This document shows positions 55,406 to 64,000 of a stretch of 64,000 bases of DNA, piece by piece. Location: positions 21,012 through 85,011 of the IMG/VR virus record IMGVR_UViG_3300020473_000024. One strand, written 5' to 3'. Position 1 is the stretch's first letter; each line of letters begins with the position of its first letter. The position numbers were made by a program, and so were the translations under genes. The notes beneath the pieces are model-generated. The model saw only the letters and a list, made by a program, of their open reading frames with translations. It had not been told where the DNA came from and searched no databases. Source of the stretch: a virus.

Positions 55406-55985
55406 TATTAACGCTTTACAAACAGCTTTTGTAAGGACATTGAATGAGCTTGTAGGAAAGGATGCCGATCCTAGTAGACAGTTATTTACCTCTCCAGTTA
55501 TAAAAGCTAGGAAAGGTGGTGTTAGACCCGACTACCCTTATGTTGTTGTTGATAAAGCTTCTTTCACCAACTATGGGCTTAATGGTGTTTACTCTGAAGG
55601 TTTTAATGAAGACGGTTACTTTGAAAGGAAGACAAATTATAAAGTGCCTATTGTACTAGTTGTACACGGGGGTACTGATGATGATGTTCAAATGATAGCC
55701 CAAGAAATACGCGATACTCTTAACAGAGAGTATGGTAGACAAAAACTTTATGAAGAATTTGATGCTGGATTACTTTACATATCAGCTCCCTCGTTTTCTT
55801 CTGCTTTCCTAAACACAGACTACGAAGAAGTCAGTAGGATGGTTGTGGAACTTTCAATAACGGATGTCTTCATTGAAGATAATCCTAACATTCCGTCAAC
55901 AGATGTTATAGAAGACATCTCTGTGGATGGTGTCGTGGAGGATAATGATCAGTCCTCTGATGAAATAAATATAGATATCCCTTAA
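55395..55985 (+). CDS. Tail terminator/neck protein
   Basis: RPDYPY; immediately before sheath. Confidence 0.6.
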   Translation: MALNINALQTAFVRTLNELVGKDADPSRQLFTSPVIKARKGGVRPDYPYVVVDKASFTNYGLNGVYSEGFNEDGYFERKTNYKVPIVLVVHGGTDDDVQMIAQEIRDTLNREYGRQKLYEEFDAGLLYISAPSFSSAFLNTDYEEVSRMVVELSITDVFIEDNPNIPSTDVIEDISVDGVVEDNDQSSDEINIDIP

Positions 55986-55996
55986 GGAGATTATTA

Positions 55997-57100
55997 ATGG
56001 CATATAGACCTATTGTTGAGGTTGATATCACATTACAGGCATCGGGAATTACCGCACAAGGTTTTGGTACTCCGTTGTTTATTGCTGATATTGACACTGA
56101 CACCTCTCCTGATCCTTTGGGTTCAGGTGTTAGGGTAAAAACCTATTCAGATTTAGAAGAAGTAGAGGCTGATTTCGCAACTACTGATAATGCTTATAAA
56201 GCGGCTCAAGCTTTTTTCAGCTACACGCCTCGCTTACCACAGATTAAGATTGGTTATCGAGATATCGGAACAGCTGATGAAACAGTCACAGAAGCTCTCT
56301 CGGCTATTAGAGCAGATGATAGTGACTTCTACTTTGTCACAGCCGAGACTCACGATTCCGCAGAAATTGAAGAATTAGCTACAGCGGTAGAGGCGAGTAT
56401 AGGCTTTTATTTCTTCTCCTATGGAGAGTCGGATGCACTTACTGTGTATGATGAAGGTGTCTCCACAGACGCTTTAGCACTAGTGAAAGAAGGCAACTTC
56501 TTAAGAACTAAAGGTTTCTTCCATCACGAAGCAGATACTATCTTCCCTGAGTGTGATTTTATTGCTCGTAATGCAACATACTTAGCTGGTAGTGTATCTT
56601 GGGCTAACTTACAATTATCTGTGTCAGCCTCCCAAGACCCTGCAACAGGTAAGCCTCTCACTACTACTCAGAAAGGCTATTTAGAAGACAGAGATGCAAC
56701 TTACACTGAGCGTGTATTTGGTCAGACTATTGTAACTCGTAACTCGTTCACTGCTTCTGGTGTTCATCACATTGATGATATCCACGGCTCAGACGCTTTA
56801 CAAGAAGACCTTAATGTTGAACTGGCTGGACTATTGCTAAGACAACAGGGTGGTAAGATCCCTTATACAAATACAGGTATCACCCAAATTTACAACATTG
56901 TAGATAACGTACTTAATAGATACTCTTCTAATCCACGTAATTTTATTAATAATAATTACGTATTGGATTTTAAAATGGCTAATCAAGTTCCTGTTGCTGA
57001 CAAAGAAGCAAGAGTTTACCGTTCAGGTACTTTCAGAGCAGAGCTTCAAGGAGCTATTGAAGGTGCTAGTATCAGCGGTACAGTTACAGTACAACTATAA
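55997..57100 (+). CDS. Tail sheath protein (DUF3383-like)
   Basis: GFGTPLF, KIPYTNTG, LQGAI. Confidence 0.85.
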   Translation: MAYRPIVEVDITLQASGITAQGFGTPLFIADIDTDTSPDPLGSGVRVKTYSDLEEVEADFATTDNAYKAAQAFFSYTPRLPQIKIGYRDIGTADETVTEALSAIRADDSDFYFVTAETHDSAEIEELATAVEASIGFYFFSYGESDALTVYDEGVSTDALALVKEGNFLRTKGFFHHEADTIFPECDFIARNATYLAGSVSWANLQLSVSASQDPATGKPLTTTQKGYLEDRDATYTERVFGQTIVTRNSFTASGVHHIDDIHGSDALQEDLNVELAGLLLRQQGGKIPYTNTGITQIYNIVDNVLNRYSSNPRNFINNNYVLDFKMANQVPVADKEARVYRSGTFRAELQGAIEGASISGTVTVQL

Positions 57101-57111
57101 GGAGATAAGAT

Positions 57112-57627
57112 ATGGCACAAACTTTAACTGACTTTTCTCCCCAACAGGTAGGTATTGTATGGGGTGGTATTCCTTTCGTTGGTTTTGCAGAAGATACTTT
57201 TGTAACAGTATCGCGTAACACAGATAACACCACTGCTTCGGTAGGTGCAGACGGTAGTGTTGGTATTACTAGAAATGCTGACAAGACAGGCACTATTGAG
57301 GTTACTTTGATGCAGACTTCAGAGACTCATCGTATTCTCTCTGCTATTCAACTTACCCAAGACCAGACAGATCAGCTTTATCGAGCCAACATGTCTGTAA
57401 CCGATACTTCGGGTGGCTTTATTGCTAAGATGTTCAATGTACACATTCAGACTCCACCTGAGGTTAGCTTAGGTAGTGATCAGAACCCAAAAACTTGGAC
57501 ATTTTATGCAGAACGAGTTGACTATGCAGATGTTCCTGCTGGATTCGCGCAAGCGGCTGGAGAAGCTAGCAAAATTGATGATGCTATCTCAGGCATCCAG
57601 ACAATTAGTGATAGTTTATTTGGCTAA
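57112..57627 (+). CDS. Tail tube protein
   Basis: GFAEDTFV, VGADG, GTIEVTLMQTS. Confidence 0.85.
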   Translation: MAQTLTDFSPQQVGIVWGGIPFVGFAEDTFVTVSRNTDNTTASVGADGSVGITRNADKTGTIEVTLMQTSETHRILSAIQLTQDQTDQLYRANMSVTDTSGGFIAKMFNVHIQTPPEVSLGSDQNPKTWTFYAERVDYADVPAGFAQAAGEASKIDDAISGIQTISDSLFG

Positions 57628-57664
57628 AAGTCCTTGACAATAATAAATTTAATGTTATAATAAT

Positions 57665-57700
57665 AGGCACATTCCTTCACTGGAGTGTGCCTTTATTTTT
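57665..57700 (+). terminator. Hairpin terminator, preceded by a TTGACA...TATAAT promoter-like box
   Basis: AGGCACATTCC-TTCACT-GGAGTGTGCCT then a T run. Confidence 0.55.
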
Positions 57701-57714
57701 ACACGGAGGATAAT

Positions 57715-58179
57715 ATGAGTTTTAATCTAGAAAAGTTATACAGAAAAACAAACATTAATAATAAAGAATACACTATCAAGTTACTAAAAGCATTACCAGC
57801 TTTACGTATGGGTAAAACCTTGATGTCGGTTGTGCTCCCTGCTGTAGGTGGGACTATCGATGGACTGCGGGATGATGGCTATGGCTCTACTCCTAAGACG
57901 TTCACCGAACTAGCTTTAGTTTTATGTGACCAACTCGGAGATATCGAACTAGATGAGCTAGCACAAGACCTTTTAGGGGGTATGCTGTGTAACGGTATTG
58001 AAGTAACCAACATTGATGACCATTTTCAGGGTGAGATTGATGTCCTTGTTGAATTGTTAGCTTTTGCTTTGAAGGAGAACTTCGGTAAGCTTTTTATGGG
58101 AAAGGGTTTGTTAGCCCAATTCCAGAAAGTAACGGAGGGTCTGATGGGCGGTGGATCACAAGAGTCAGAAGAGAGCTAG
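57715..58179 (+). CDS. Tail assembly chaperone
   Basis: GGAGG RBS before MSFNL; between tube and tape measure genes. Confidence 0.75.
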   Translation: MSFNLEKLYRKTNINNKEYTIKLLKALPALRMGKTLMSVVLPAVGGTIDGLRDDGYGSTPKTFTELALVLCDQLGDIELDELAQDLLGGMLCNGIEVTNIDDHFQGEIDVLVELLAFALKENFGKLFMGKGLLAQFQKVTEGLMGGGSQESEES

Positions 58180-58400
58180 AAAAACAGAAACCTCTCGATG
58201 ATGACCTATGGATGTTTTATTACGTTTATGGTAGCGACCACAACAAGGAGAGTTTAGATACACTGATGTATGGAATGACTCTCTCTGATTTTTTCACCCA
58301 CAGAACTTACATAGAAATTCAACACGAACTTGAACGGGCTATGGAAAAAGATAGTAAAGAGCAGGCAGATAGGGAGAGAAATAGTGGCAAACAACGTTGA
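58098..58400 (+). CDS. -1 frameshift extension of tail assembly chaperone (G-T type)
   Basis: G GGA AAG slippery site at 58098-58104; -1 frame open through ORF 58212..58400. Confidence 0.75.
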   Translation, partial: GKGFVSPIPESNGGSDGRWITRVRRELEKQKPLDDDLWMFYYVYGSDHNKESLDTLMYGMTLSDFFTHRTYIEIQHELERAMEKDSKEQADRERNSGKQR

Positions 58401-60714
58401 AGATTTCCTGATTAGGTTTGTCTTCGAGGATAAGCAAGCTGTTAAACAGCTGAAGTCAATATCGAGTAAGTATGATAACCTCACGACTCGATCCAAAAAA
58501 CATGCCAAGCAAGAAAGACAAGCCTCTAAGAAAAAACAATCTGATAATAAGAAAGAAATTGATCAGATTAAGAAGAAAAAGAATCTCTTAAGGGATCAGA
58601 TAAGAATAGCCGAGAAGCTTGGCATAAACACTAAAGGTTTTAAGCAAACGCTTTCAAGAGCTAGGAAAGAGACCACTCTAGACAGTCGTAGGTTAGAACT
58701 TCAAGAGCTTATTTCTAAAGAGCGTCTAGACCAGCAAGCTAGAGCTATGAAACAGCTTGAGATTGAGAAAAGAGCCACCCTAGAAAAACAAAAGCAAATG
58801 GAGTTGGCACGTAGAGAGAAAATAGACTTCCAAAAAGCTTCTAAAATGGATAGGTTTTCTGGTAGTAAGGCTTTCAGAGACCTTAACTCTATGAACCAAT
58901 CAGCGGCAACAGACCTCTACAGGAAAGCGCAAAAAGCTTTAAACAGAGAGACTTACGCTGGGGAAAGGCAATTCAGAGAATATGAGAGAGAGCTTAGACG
59001 TACAGCCGCAGGAATGAGGAAGGCGCGTAGAGATGCTATTAACCTCACCACTGCTCAACAAGGCTTAAAAGATAGTGTTAGAAACTCTATAAGAGCCTAT
59101 GCTTCATTGTTTGCTTTGATGGAAGGCACTACAGCGATTAACCGAGTAGGTCAGGACTTCGAAGGTATGAGAGCTTCTATGCTAGCATCTTCTGGGGGAG
59201 CTGTCCAAGCTGGTAAGGACTTAGCTTTTGTTAGAGGAGAGGCTGTTAGATTAGGTCTTGATTTAAGAGACGCTACAGACAACTTTGTTAAGTTCCAGTT
59301 TGCCGCAAAAGAAACTATGTCGCAAGCAGACACGAGAGCTTTGTTTACAGGTTTCTCAGAATTTGCAACCGCACTTCAATTAACTCCAGCACGTTACGAA
59401 AAAGCTTTGACAGCATTACAACAGATGATGAACAAAGAGCAAGTAATGGCTGAAGAATTGAAAAACCAATTAGGTGAACAAGCCGCTGGTTCAATTCAAG
59501 TGTTTGCAAGAGCTTTGAATGTTTCCACTAGGGAATTATTTGCCATGATGGAACGTGGTGAGCTAATGGCTAGTGAAGTATTACCTATGGTGGCTAAAGA
59601 GTTTTCTAGAACAGCACGAGAAGGTGGTGCATTAGCAAAAGCTATAGAAACAGCTCGAATACAGCAAAGACGTTTCACCACAGGTGCTCAAGAATCAGCT
59701 GACGTTATATTCCAAGGTGGCTTTGGAGAAGGTATCTCTAATATGTTCAAAGAGCTTACTGACTCTTTGGGTGAGTCCACCAAAGGGATGGAAGGCTTAG
59801 GCAAGGTGTATAAACTTTTCTTTGATCTAGTTACACAAGGGGCTAAAATAGCCATCCCTATCCTAGATAGCCTTTTCTTTGTTTTAGGTGAAATAAGTGA
59901 TGTACTGAATGCTATCTTTGTTAATGACTCAACTGTCACTTTAGCGGGTATTGCCGCTGTTACTCTAGCAATAAAAAATCTAGACAGAGTGTTTAAGAGT
60001 TTGTACGCGAGGTTATTCCTTACCTTAGGTATTCTTGATGAGATATTTTCATTCTTTGTTGCTGGAAGAATAGGTGTTTTAGAAAAACTAATGGGTACGG
60101 ATGTTGCATTAGGAGACACTGCCTTTTTCCAAAGTTTGAAGGATTGGTTTGAGGGTGGTGAGGATGCTACCCTACTCGAAAAACTCTTGAAAGGATTTGC
60201 TGGATTAGCTACAGCGTATGGAATATGGAAAGGCAGTATGTGGGGTTTACAAAAAGCCGCAACAGCCGCTTCTAAAGCGTTGTGGAATGTTGCCACTGGA
60301 GGTATGTCTGGCGGTAGAGGCACTAAAGGTGGAAAAGGTGGAGCTACTAGGACACCTAAAGGCACTAGAGTATTACCTAAAGCCGCCTTAGCTACTACGG
60401 GTCTTGTGGGTGGCATTGGAGCGGCTCTGTGGTTTATGCACGAACAGAATGTCGGCAGGATACAGAAAGGCGAGTCGTTAGTTGGAAAATATAGCTCTAC
60501 TAAGGAGCTTCTACCAAGGTATGACTCAGAAGCTTTAAAAAGAGACATAGAAAATGCCCGTAGGTTGCGTAATGAACGTATGAACGGGGGTGGTGGTATC
60601 CAGAGACAAGAGAATCATTTCAATATCAAGTCAGATAGTCCAGAGGAAGTTAGGAGAGAAGTGCAAAGCTACCTTGAAGACACTTGGCTACAAAATACCG
60701 TAGGAGGTAGTTAA
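58384..60714 (+). CDS. Tape measure protein
   Basis: ALQQMMNK..VMAEELKNQLGE tape-measure motif; long helical protein; GTG start after GGGAG. Confidence 0.88.
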   Translation: MANNVEDFLIRFVFEDKQAVKQLKSISSKYDNLTTRSKKHAKQERQASKKKQSDNKKEIDQIKKKKNLLRDQIRIAEKLGINTKGFKQTLSRARKETTLDSRRLELQELISKERLDQQARAMKQLEIEKRATLEKQKQMELARREKIDFQKASKMDRFSGSKAFRDLNSMNQSAATDLYRKAQKALNRETYAGERQFREYERELRRTAAGMRKARRDAINLTTAQQGLKDSVRNSIRAYASLFALMEGTTAINRVGQDFEGMRASMLASSGGAVQAGKDLAFVRGEAVRLGLDLRDATDNFVKFQFAAKETMSQADTRALFTGFSEFATALQLTPARYEKALTALQQMMNKEQVMAEELKNQLGEQAAGSIQVFARALNVSTRELFAMMERGELMASEVLPMVAKEFSRTAREGGALAKAIETARIQQRRFTTGAQESADVIFQGGFGEGISNMFKELTDSLGESTKGMEGLGKVYKLFFDLVTQGAKIAIPILDSLFFVLGEISDVLNAIFVNDSTVTLAGIAAVTLAIKNLDRVFKSLYARLFLTLGILDEIFSFFVAGRIGVLEKLMGTDVALGDTAFFQSLKDWFEGGEDATLLEKLLKGFAGLATAYGIWKGSMWGLQKAATAASKALWNVATGGMSGGRGTKGGKGGATRTPKGTRVLPKAALATTGLVGGIGAALWFMHEQNVGRIQKGESLVGKYSSTKELLPRYDSEALKRDIENARRLRNERMNGGGGIQRQENHFNIKSDSPEEVRREVQSYLEDTWLQNTVGGS

Positions 60715-61311
60715 ATGTCGGTGTTCTATATAGATACGTCTGAGGGTATTCTAGAGCTAACCTCTACTACAGAGGTACAAGTTTTGGAATCATCCTCTCC
60801 AACAAGGCATCCTCTTGAAGATGGAGAGTCGGCAGTAGACAATGTAGTTAATCAGAACTCCACAGTAAAGTTTTCTGGTGTCCTTAGTAATATAAGCTCT
60901 GTTTCCAAGACAACCTCGGTGACTAGTCTCTCCTCTGAGGAAGATGACAGGGATACCACTGTTGAAGGTGTTTTAAGTTCTCTACGTAAAGTACGAAAGA
61001 ACAAGGAACGTTTTACTGTGTACTATGATGAGAGGCTACCCCCTGCTGACAACTGTGTTATAACTTCTCTTAACATCACCACTAACAAGGAGTATTACCT
61101 CTCTTATAGAGTGGAACTAGAGTTTGAACAGCTTAGGGTAGTAGCTAGGGCAGAGACCACAGTTACAAGAGACGACCAAGCTTCCCCTGATGACTCTCAG
61201 AACAAAACTTCTTCAGACGGTAGTAATACAGAGGATCAAGAGCCTTCTGAAAGCTTATTCTTAGGGGCTGGTACTGCCGTAAGTGAATTTATAGGTTTGC
61301 AGGAGGATTAA
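60715..61311 (+). CDS. Baseplate/tube initiator (Dit-like)
   Basis: TRHPLEDG...DNV; follows TMP. Confidence 0.65.
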   Translation: MSVFYIDTSEGILELTSTTEVQVLESSSPTRHPLEDGESAVDNVVNQNSTVKFSGVLSNISSVSKTTSVTSLSSEEDDRDTTVEGVLSSLRKVRKNKERFTVYYDERLPPADNCVITSLNITTNKEYYLSYRVELEFEQLRVVARAETTVTRDDQASPDDSQNKTSSDGSNTEDQEPSESLFLGAGTAVSEFIGLQED

Positions 61312-61673
61312 TGGCTAATAATATTAAAGTTCCTGATAGTGCTTGGCACGAACAAGCTATTATTGTGTCTGGCACTGTTATCAGGCTTGTTTTTAAATTC
61401 AATACAGCCGATCAAAGTTGGTATATAGATATCTTAGATAACTCTGGTAATGGCATTCTGTATGGATTGAAAGTGATGCCTAATCAAAACCTAACAGGAC
61501 GACATAACACTCTTCAAAACCTACCAGAGGGTAATTTGTGGTGCGTAAGAGTTAAGAACGATTTCTCCCCTGTCGGGAGAGATAATTTGGGAATAGGGAA
61601 GACATACAACCTAATTTGGTACAGTAGTGCCGAAGAAGAGGAGTTAAATATAGATGGAAGAGTTCAGCTATAA
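61311..61673 (+). CDS. Baseplate protein
   Basis: FN...W.IDI pattern, position. Confidence 0.6.
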   Translation: MANNIKVPDSAWHEQAIIVSGTVIRLVFKFNTADQSWYIDILDNSGNGILYGLKVMPNQNLTGRHNTLQNLPEGNLWCVRVKNDFSPVGRDNLGIGKTYNLIWYSSAEEEELNIDGRVQL

Positions 61674-62661
61674 TAGGAAATATGAGCTTATTGTGAGCAA
61701 GCCTATTGAGGATATCTCTGTTGACCCTGCTAATCCTTATAGAAACACCCCTCTAGAGAACGAGAGTATTGTTTTTAAAAGTACAGATAACTACCAGAAA
61801 ATAAATAGGTTACAGAATGTAATTATTGACTCCCTTCATTTTACTGCGGATATAGAAACAAGTAGTAAGACTTCTGGGTCTAAAGGTAACACAGCAACAA
61901 TCAAGATATTTAATCTGTCGAATGAAAGCAGAAGCATTGTTGAGAATGTTAACAATTATGTTGTCTTGAACGCTGGGTATGAATCTGATGGAGATAGCCT
62001 CCCTATTGTGTTTTCAGGACAAGTCCAAAAAGCTTACTCAGAGAGGCAGGGTAGCGATTTTGTCACCATACTGGTATGTAAGGATGGGTACACCCCATCA
62101 AACTCTGTAAGGCTCTCATACAGGGCTAATAGAGGCAAAACTTATGCAGACGTTATCAGAGATTTCGCAGAGGAATGGAGAAAGAACGGGGTAGCATATA
62201 CTTCTGACTCACTCGTATTGGACGAACCCACTGTTATAGCTCCTGTTGTCGAAGCTACTGCACAAAACACCGTACTAGAAAGAGGGTATATCTTCTCTGG
62301 TTTTTTAAGAAAAGCTATGGACGAAGTTACAGAGATGTTTAATCTTGTTTGGTATATCGAGAACAATACTCTTTATGTTCACCCTAAATTTTATAAGAAG
62401 ATGATAGGTGAAGTGGTGGTTAATAGTGGTAGTATTATTTCTATCCAAAGCTCTCAAGATAACTCGAAAACAACTTCATCCAACTCTGAAAAGAAAGGAG
62501 TGCGGTTAAAATTATTCTTAGATGGTAGAATTAAATCATATAAAAGAATAAAGATAGAGGATACTGATAAGGCTGGTACTTATAGGATATCCTCTGTTAG
62601 CCATAGACTCCAATATGAGGGAAGTGAATGGTATACAATAGTCGAAGCAGAAGGGGGTTAG
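61654..62661 (+). CDS. Baseplate hub protein
   Basis: ATIKIFNLS, LNAGY, FSG, C.DG. Confidence 0.75.
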   Translation: MEEFSYNRKYELIVSKPIEDISVDPANPYRNTPLENESIVFKSTDNYQKINRLQNVIIDSLHFTADIETSSKTSGSKGNTATIKIFNLSNESRSIVENVNNYVVLNAGYESDGDSLPIVFSGQVQKAYSERQGSDFVTILVCKDGYTPSNSVRLSYRANRGKTYADVIRDFAEEWRKNGVAYTSDSLVLDEPTVIAPVVEATAQNTVLERGYIFSGFLRKAMDEVTEMFNLVWYIENNTLYVHPKFYKKMIGEVVVNSGSIISIQSSQDNSKTTSSNSEKKGVRLKLFLDGRIKSYKRIKIEDTDKAGTYRISSVSHRLQYEGSEWYTIVEAEGG

Positions 62662-62662
62662 A

Positions 62663-63367
62663 ATGCAGTTTACTTTGTTTGATACAATACAAAGCCATAT
62701 AACCGACTTAAAACGTGGGATAAACACTAACACTATTGCTATTGTAGAATCCTATGATCCTGACGAAAACACTGTAGATGTTTATCCAGCTGTTTATAGG
62801 ACAGATGAAGATGGTGTTTTAATTAAAGACGAACTACTTGAAAGAGTTCCTGTACAAAGAGTAGGCACTAACGAGATAAGCATTAATTATCCTTTGAAAA
62901 AAGGAGATGAAGTTATCTTAGTGGTATGTCAACAAGATATTGAAGGTTGGCTAACCTCAGACAAAGAGTTTATAAAACCGAAAACCTTGCGGAGATTTAA
63001 TATCAATGATTGTGTTGCTATACCAAGGGTTACAAAATACTCTAAATCACCTATTAAAAATCCTGACAACTTAGAGATTTACCGTAAAGAGTCAGTTATT
63101 AGTATCGATCCTGATGAGAATATAACATTAGAGACTAAAGCTGGTAATAAAATATTGGTTAACTCTGATGGTAGTGTTGATATACAGGTGTTTGATAAAT
63201 TCTCTGTCAGTAATGATACGGGGGAATTAATTAACTGGATAAAGAATTTAATGGAAATATTAGAACAGACAACAGTGAATACATACTACGGGCAGAGTCC
63301 TCTTAATTCTGCTAGTGAGATTGCAAGCCTGAGGTCTGATCTAGAAACTATGCTCAAAGGAGGTTAG
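62663..63367 (+). CDS. Baseplate central spike (gpV/gp138-like)
   Basis: OB-fold N-terminus, PLKKGDEV, RRFNINDCVAIP. Confidence 0.8.
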   Translation: MQFTLFDTIQSHITDLKRGINTNTIAIVESYDPDENTVDVYPAVYRTDEDGVLIKDELLERVPVQRVGTNEISINYPLKKGDEVILVVCQQDIEGWLTSDKEFIKPKTLRRFNINDCVAIPRVTKYSKSPIKNPDNLEIYRKESVISIDPDENITLETKAGNKILVNSDGSVDIQVFDKFSVSNDTGELINWIKNLMEILEQTTVNTYYGQSPLNSASEIASLRSDLETMLKGG

Positions 63368-63559
63368 ATGTCTTTAGACGCATCCAGACTCGCTAATGCA
63401 ATAAAAACAGCGGTAGATAGTATAGATGTTAGTAGTGGAGAAATTGACAATACAGAGGCTATCGAAGCTCTAGCTAATGCAATTATAGAAGAAATCACAT
63501 CTAATGCAGAGGTTGTTGTATCTAGCGGAAGTAGTGCAGGGACTTATCAGGTAAGCTAA
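63368..63559 (+). CDS. Small baseplate-associated protein
   Basis: GGAGG RBS; follows spike. Confidence 0.55.
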   Translation: MSLDASRLANAIKTAVDSIDVSSGEIDNTEAIEALANAIIEEITSNAEVVVSSGSSAGTYQVS

Positions 63560-63921
63560 TGAATGATTTAAAATTAAACCCAGATGGTGATCTGGAATTT
63601 GTAGGAGGGGACTTGGAGCTTCTTAACGATGAGTCGGAAGTAAGTAGACAGTCCTTGCAAATTGAACTTAAAACTTTCAGAGGGGAGTGGTTTTTAGATG
63701 TGTCCTTAGGAATCCCTTACCTGAAAAGCATTCTTAAGAAAGGTGTCAGCAAGTCTTTTGTTGATAATATTTTTATAGATAAAGTTAGAAACGGTTATGG
63801 TATTGAATCTTTAATCTCTTTCGAATCGGAGATAACATCAAACAGGCGCTATGTTATCAGACAGTTGAAGGCAAAATCTATCACGGGAGAGATAATCAGT
63901 GTTTCTAATGTTATCATTTAG
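63559..63921 (+). CDS. Baseplate wedge/sheath initiator (gp25-like)
   Basis: GEWFLD...GIPY. Confidence 0.75.
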   Translation: MNDLKLNPDGDLEFVGGDLELLNDESEVSRQSLQIELKTFRGEWFLDVSLGIPYLKSILKKGVSKSFVDNIFIDKVRNGYGIESLISFESEITSNRRYVIRQLKAKSITGEIISVSNVII

Positions 63922-63930
63922 GAGAATTAA

Positions 63931-64000
63931 ATGCCAGTAACAAAAAATGGTTTTGATATCAGGAGACTACCAGAGATAAGGGAATCAACAAGATCTGACC
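63931..64000 (+). CDS. Partial probable baseplate J-like protein
   Basis: AGGAG RBS, MPVTKNGFDIRRLPEIR..., position after gp25-like gene; truncated by window. Confidence 0.55.
   Translation, partial: MPVTKNGFDIRRLPEIRESTRSD

Noticed and set aside
59688-60548. 286-aa minus-strand ORF
   Set aside because: Antisense shadow of the tape measure gene; no RBS or recognisable motifs.
789-62733. Numerous short ORFs antisense to, or nested out of frame in, well-supported genes
   Set aside because: They conflict with operon orientation and lack RBSs or motifs.

Overview
A 64-kb segment of a lytic contractile-tailed dsDNA phage (myovirus morphology, gene order reminiscent of rV5/Felix-O1/ICP1-type phages; the host cannot be determined from sequence alone). 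From left to right: a minus-strand replication block (SPFH protein, SSB, family-A DNA polymerase split by a 1221-nt group I intron carrying a GIY-YIG endonuclease, primase-helicase); many small hypothetical genes; an SF1 helicase; a putative early/host-takeover cassette flanked by repeat-rich non-coding DNA (about 19.7-24.5 kb); a minus-strand metabolism and anti-defence block (adenine methyltransferases, DNA ligase, class-II aaRS-like protein, NARP1-type NAD pathway, Pnkp, RNA ligase, ClpP, PhoH, GH108 endolysin); eight canonical tRNAs; then packaging, head, tail and baseplate genes on the plus strand. The most striking undescribed-looking element is at 41.5-43.7 kb. A TROVE/Ro60-like vWA gene (DUF2828-type) is preceded by five structured RNA modules sharing the motif UACAGCAA. 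Three modules display anticodon-like loops (clearest for Lys-UUU), one is a tRNA-Ile(GAU) interrupted by a 41-nt insert carrying the motif, and one carries a tmRNA-like tag frame (ANDSTYHMAAVA**) with no visible tRNA-like domain. Product calls come from motif recognition by eye, not database searches.
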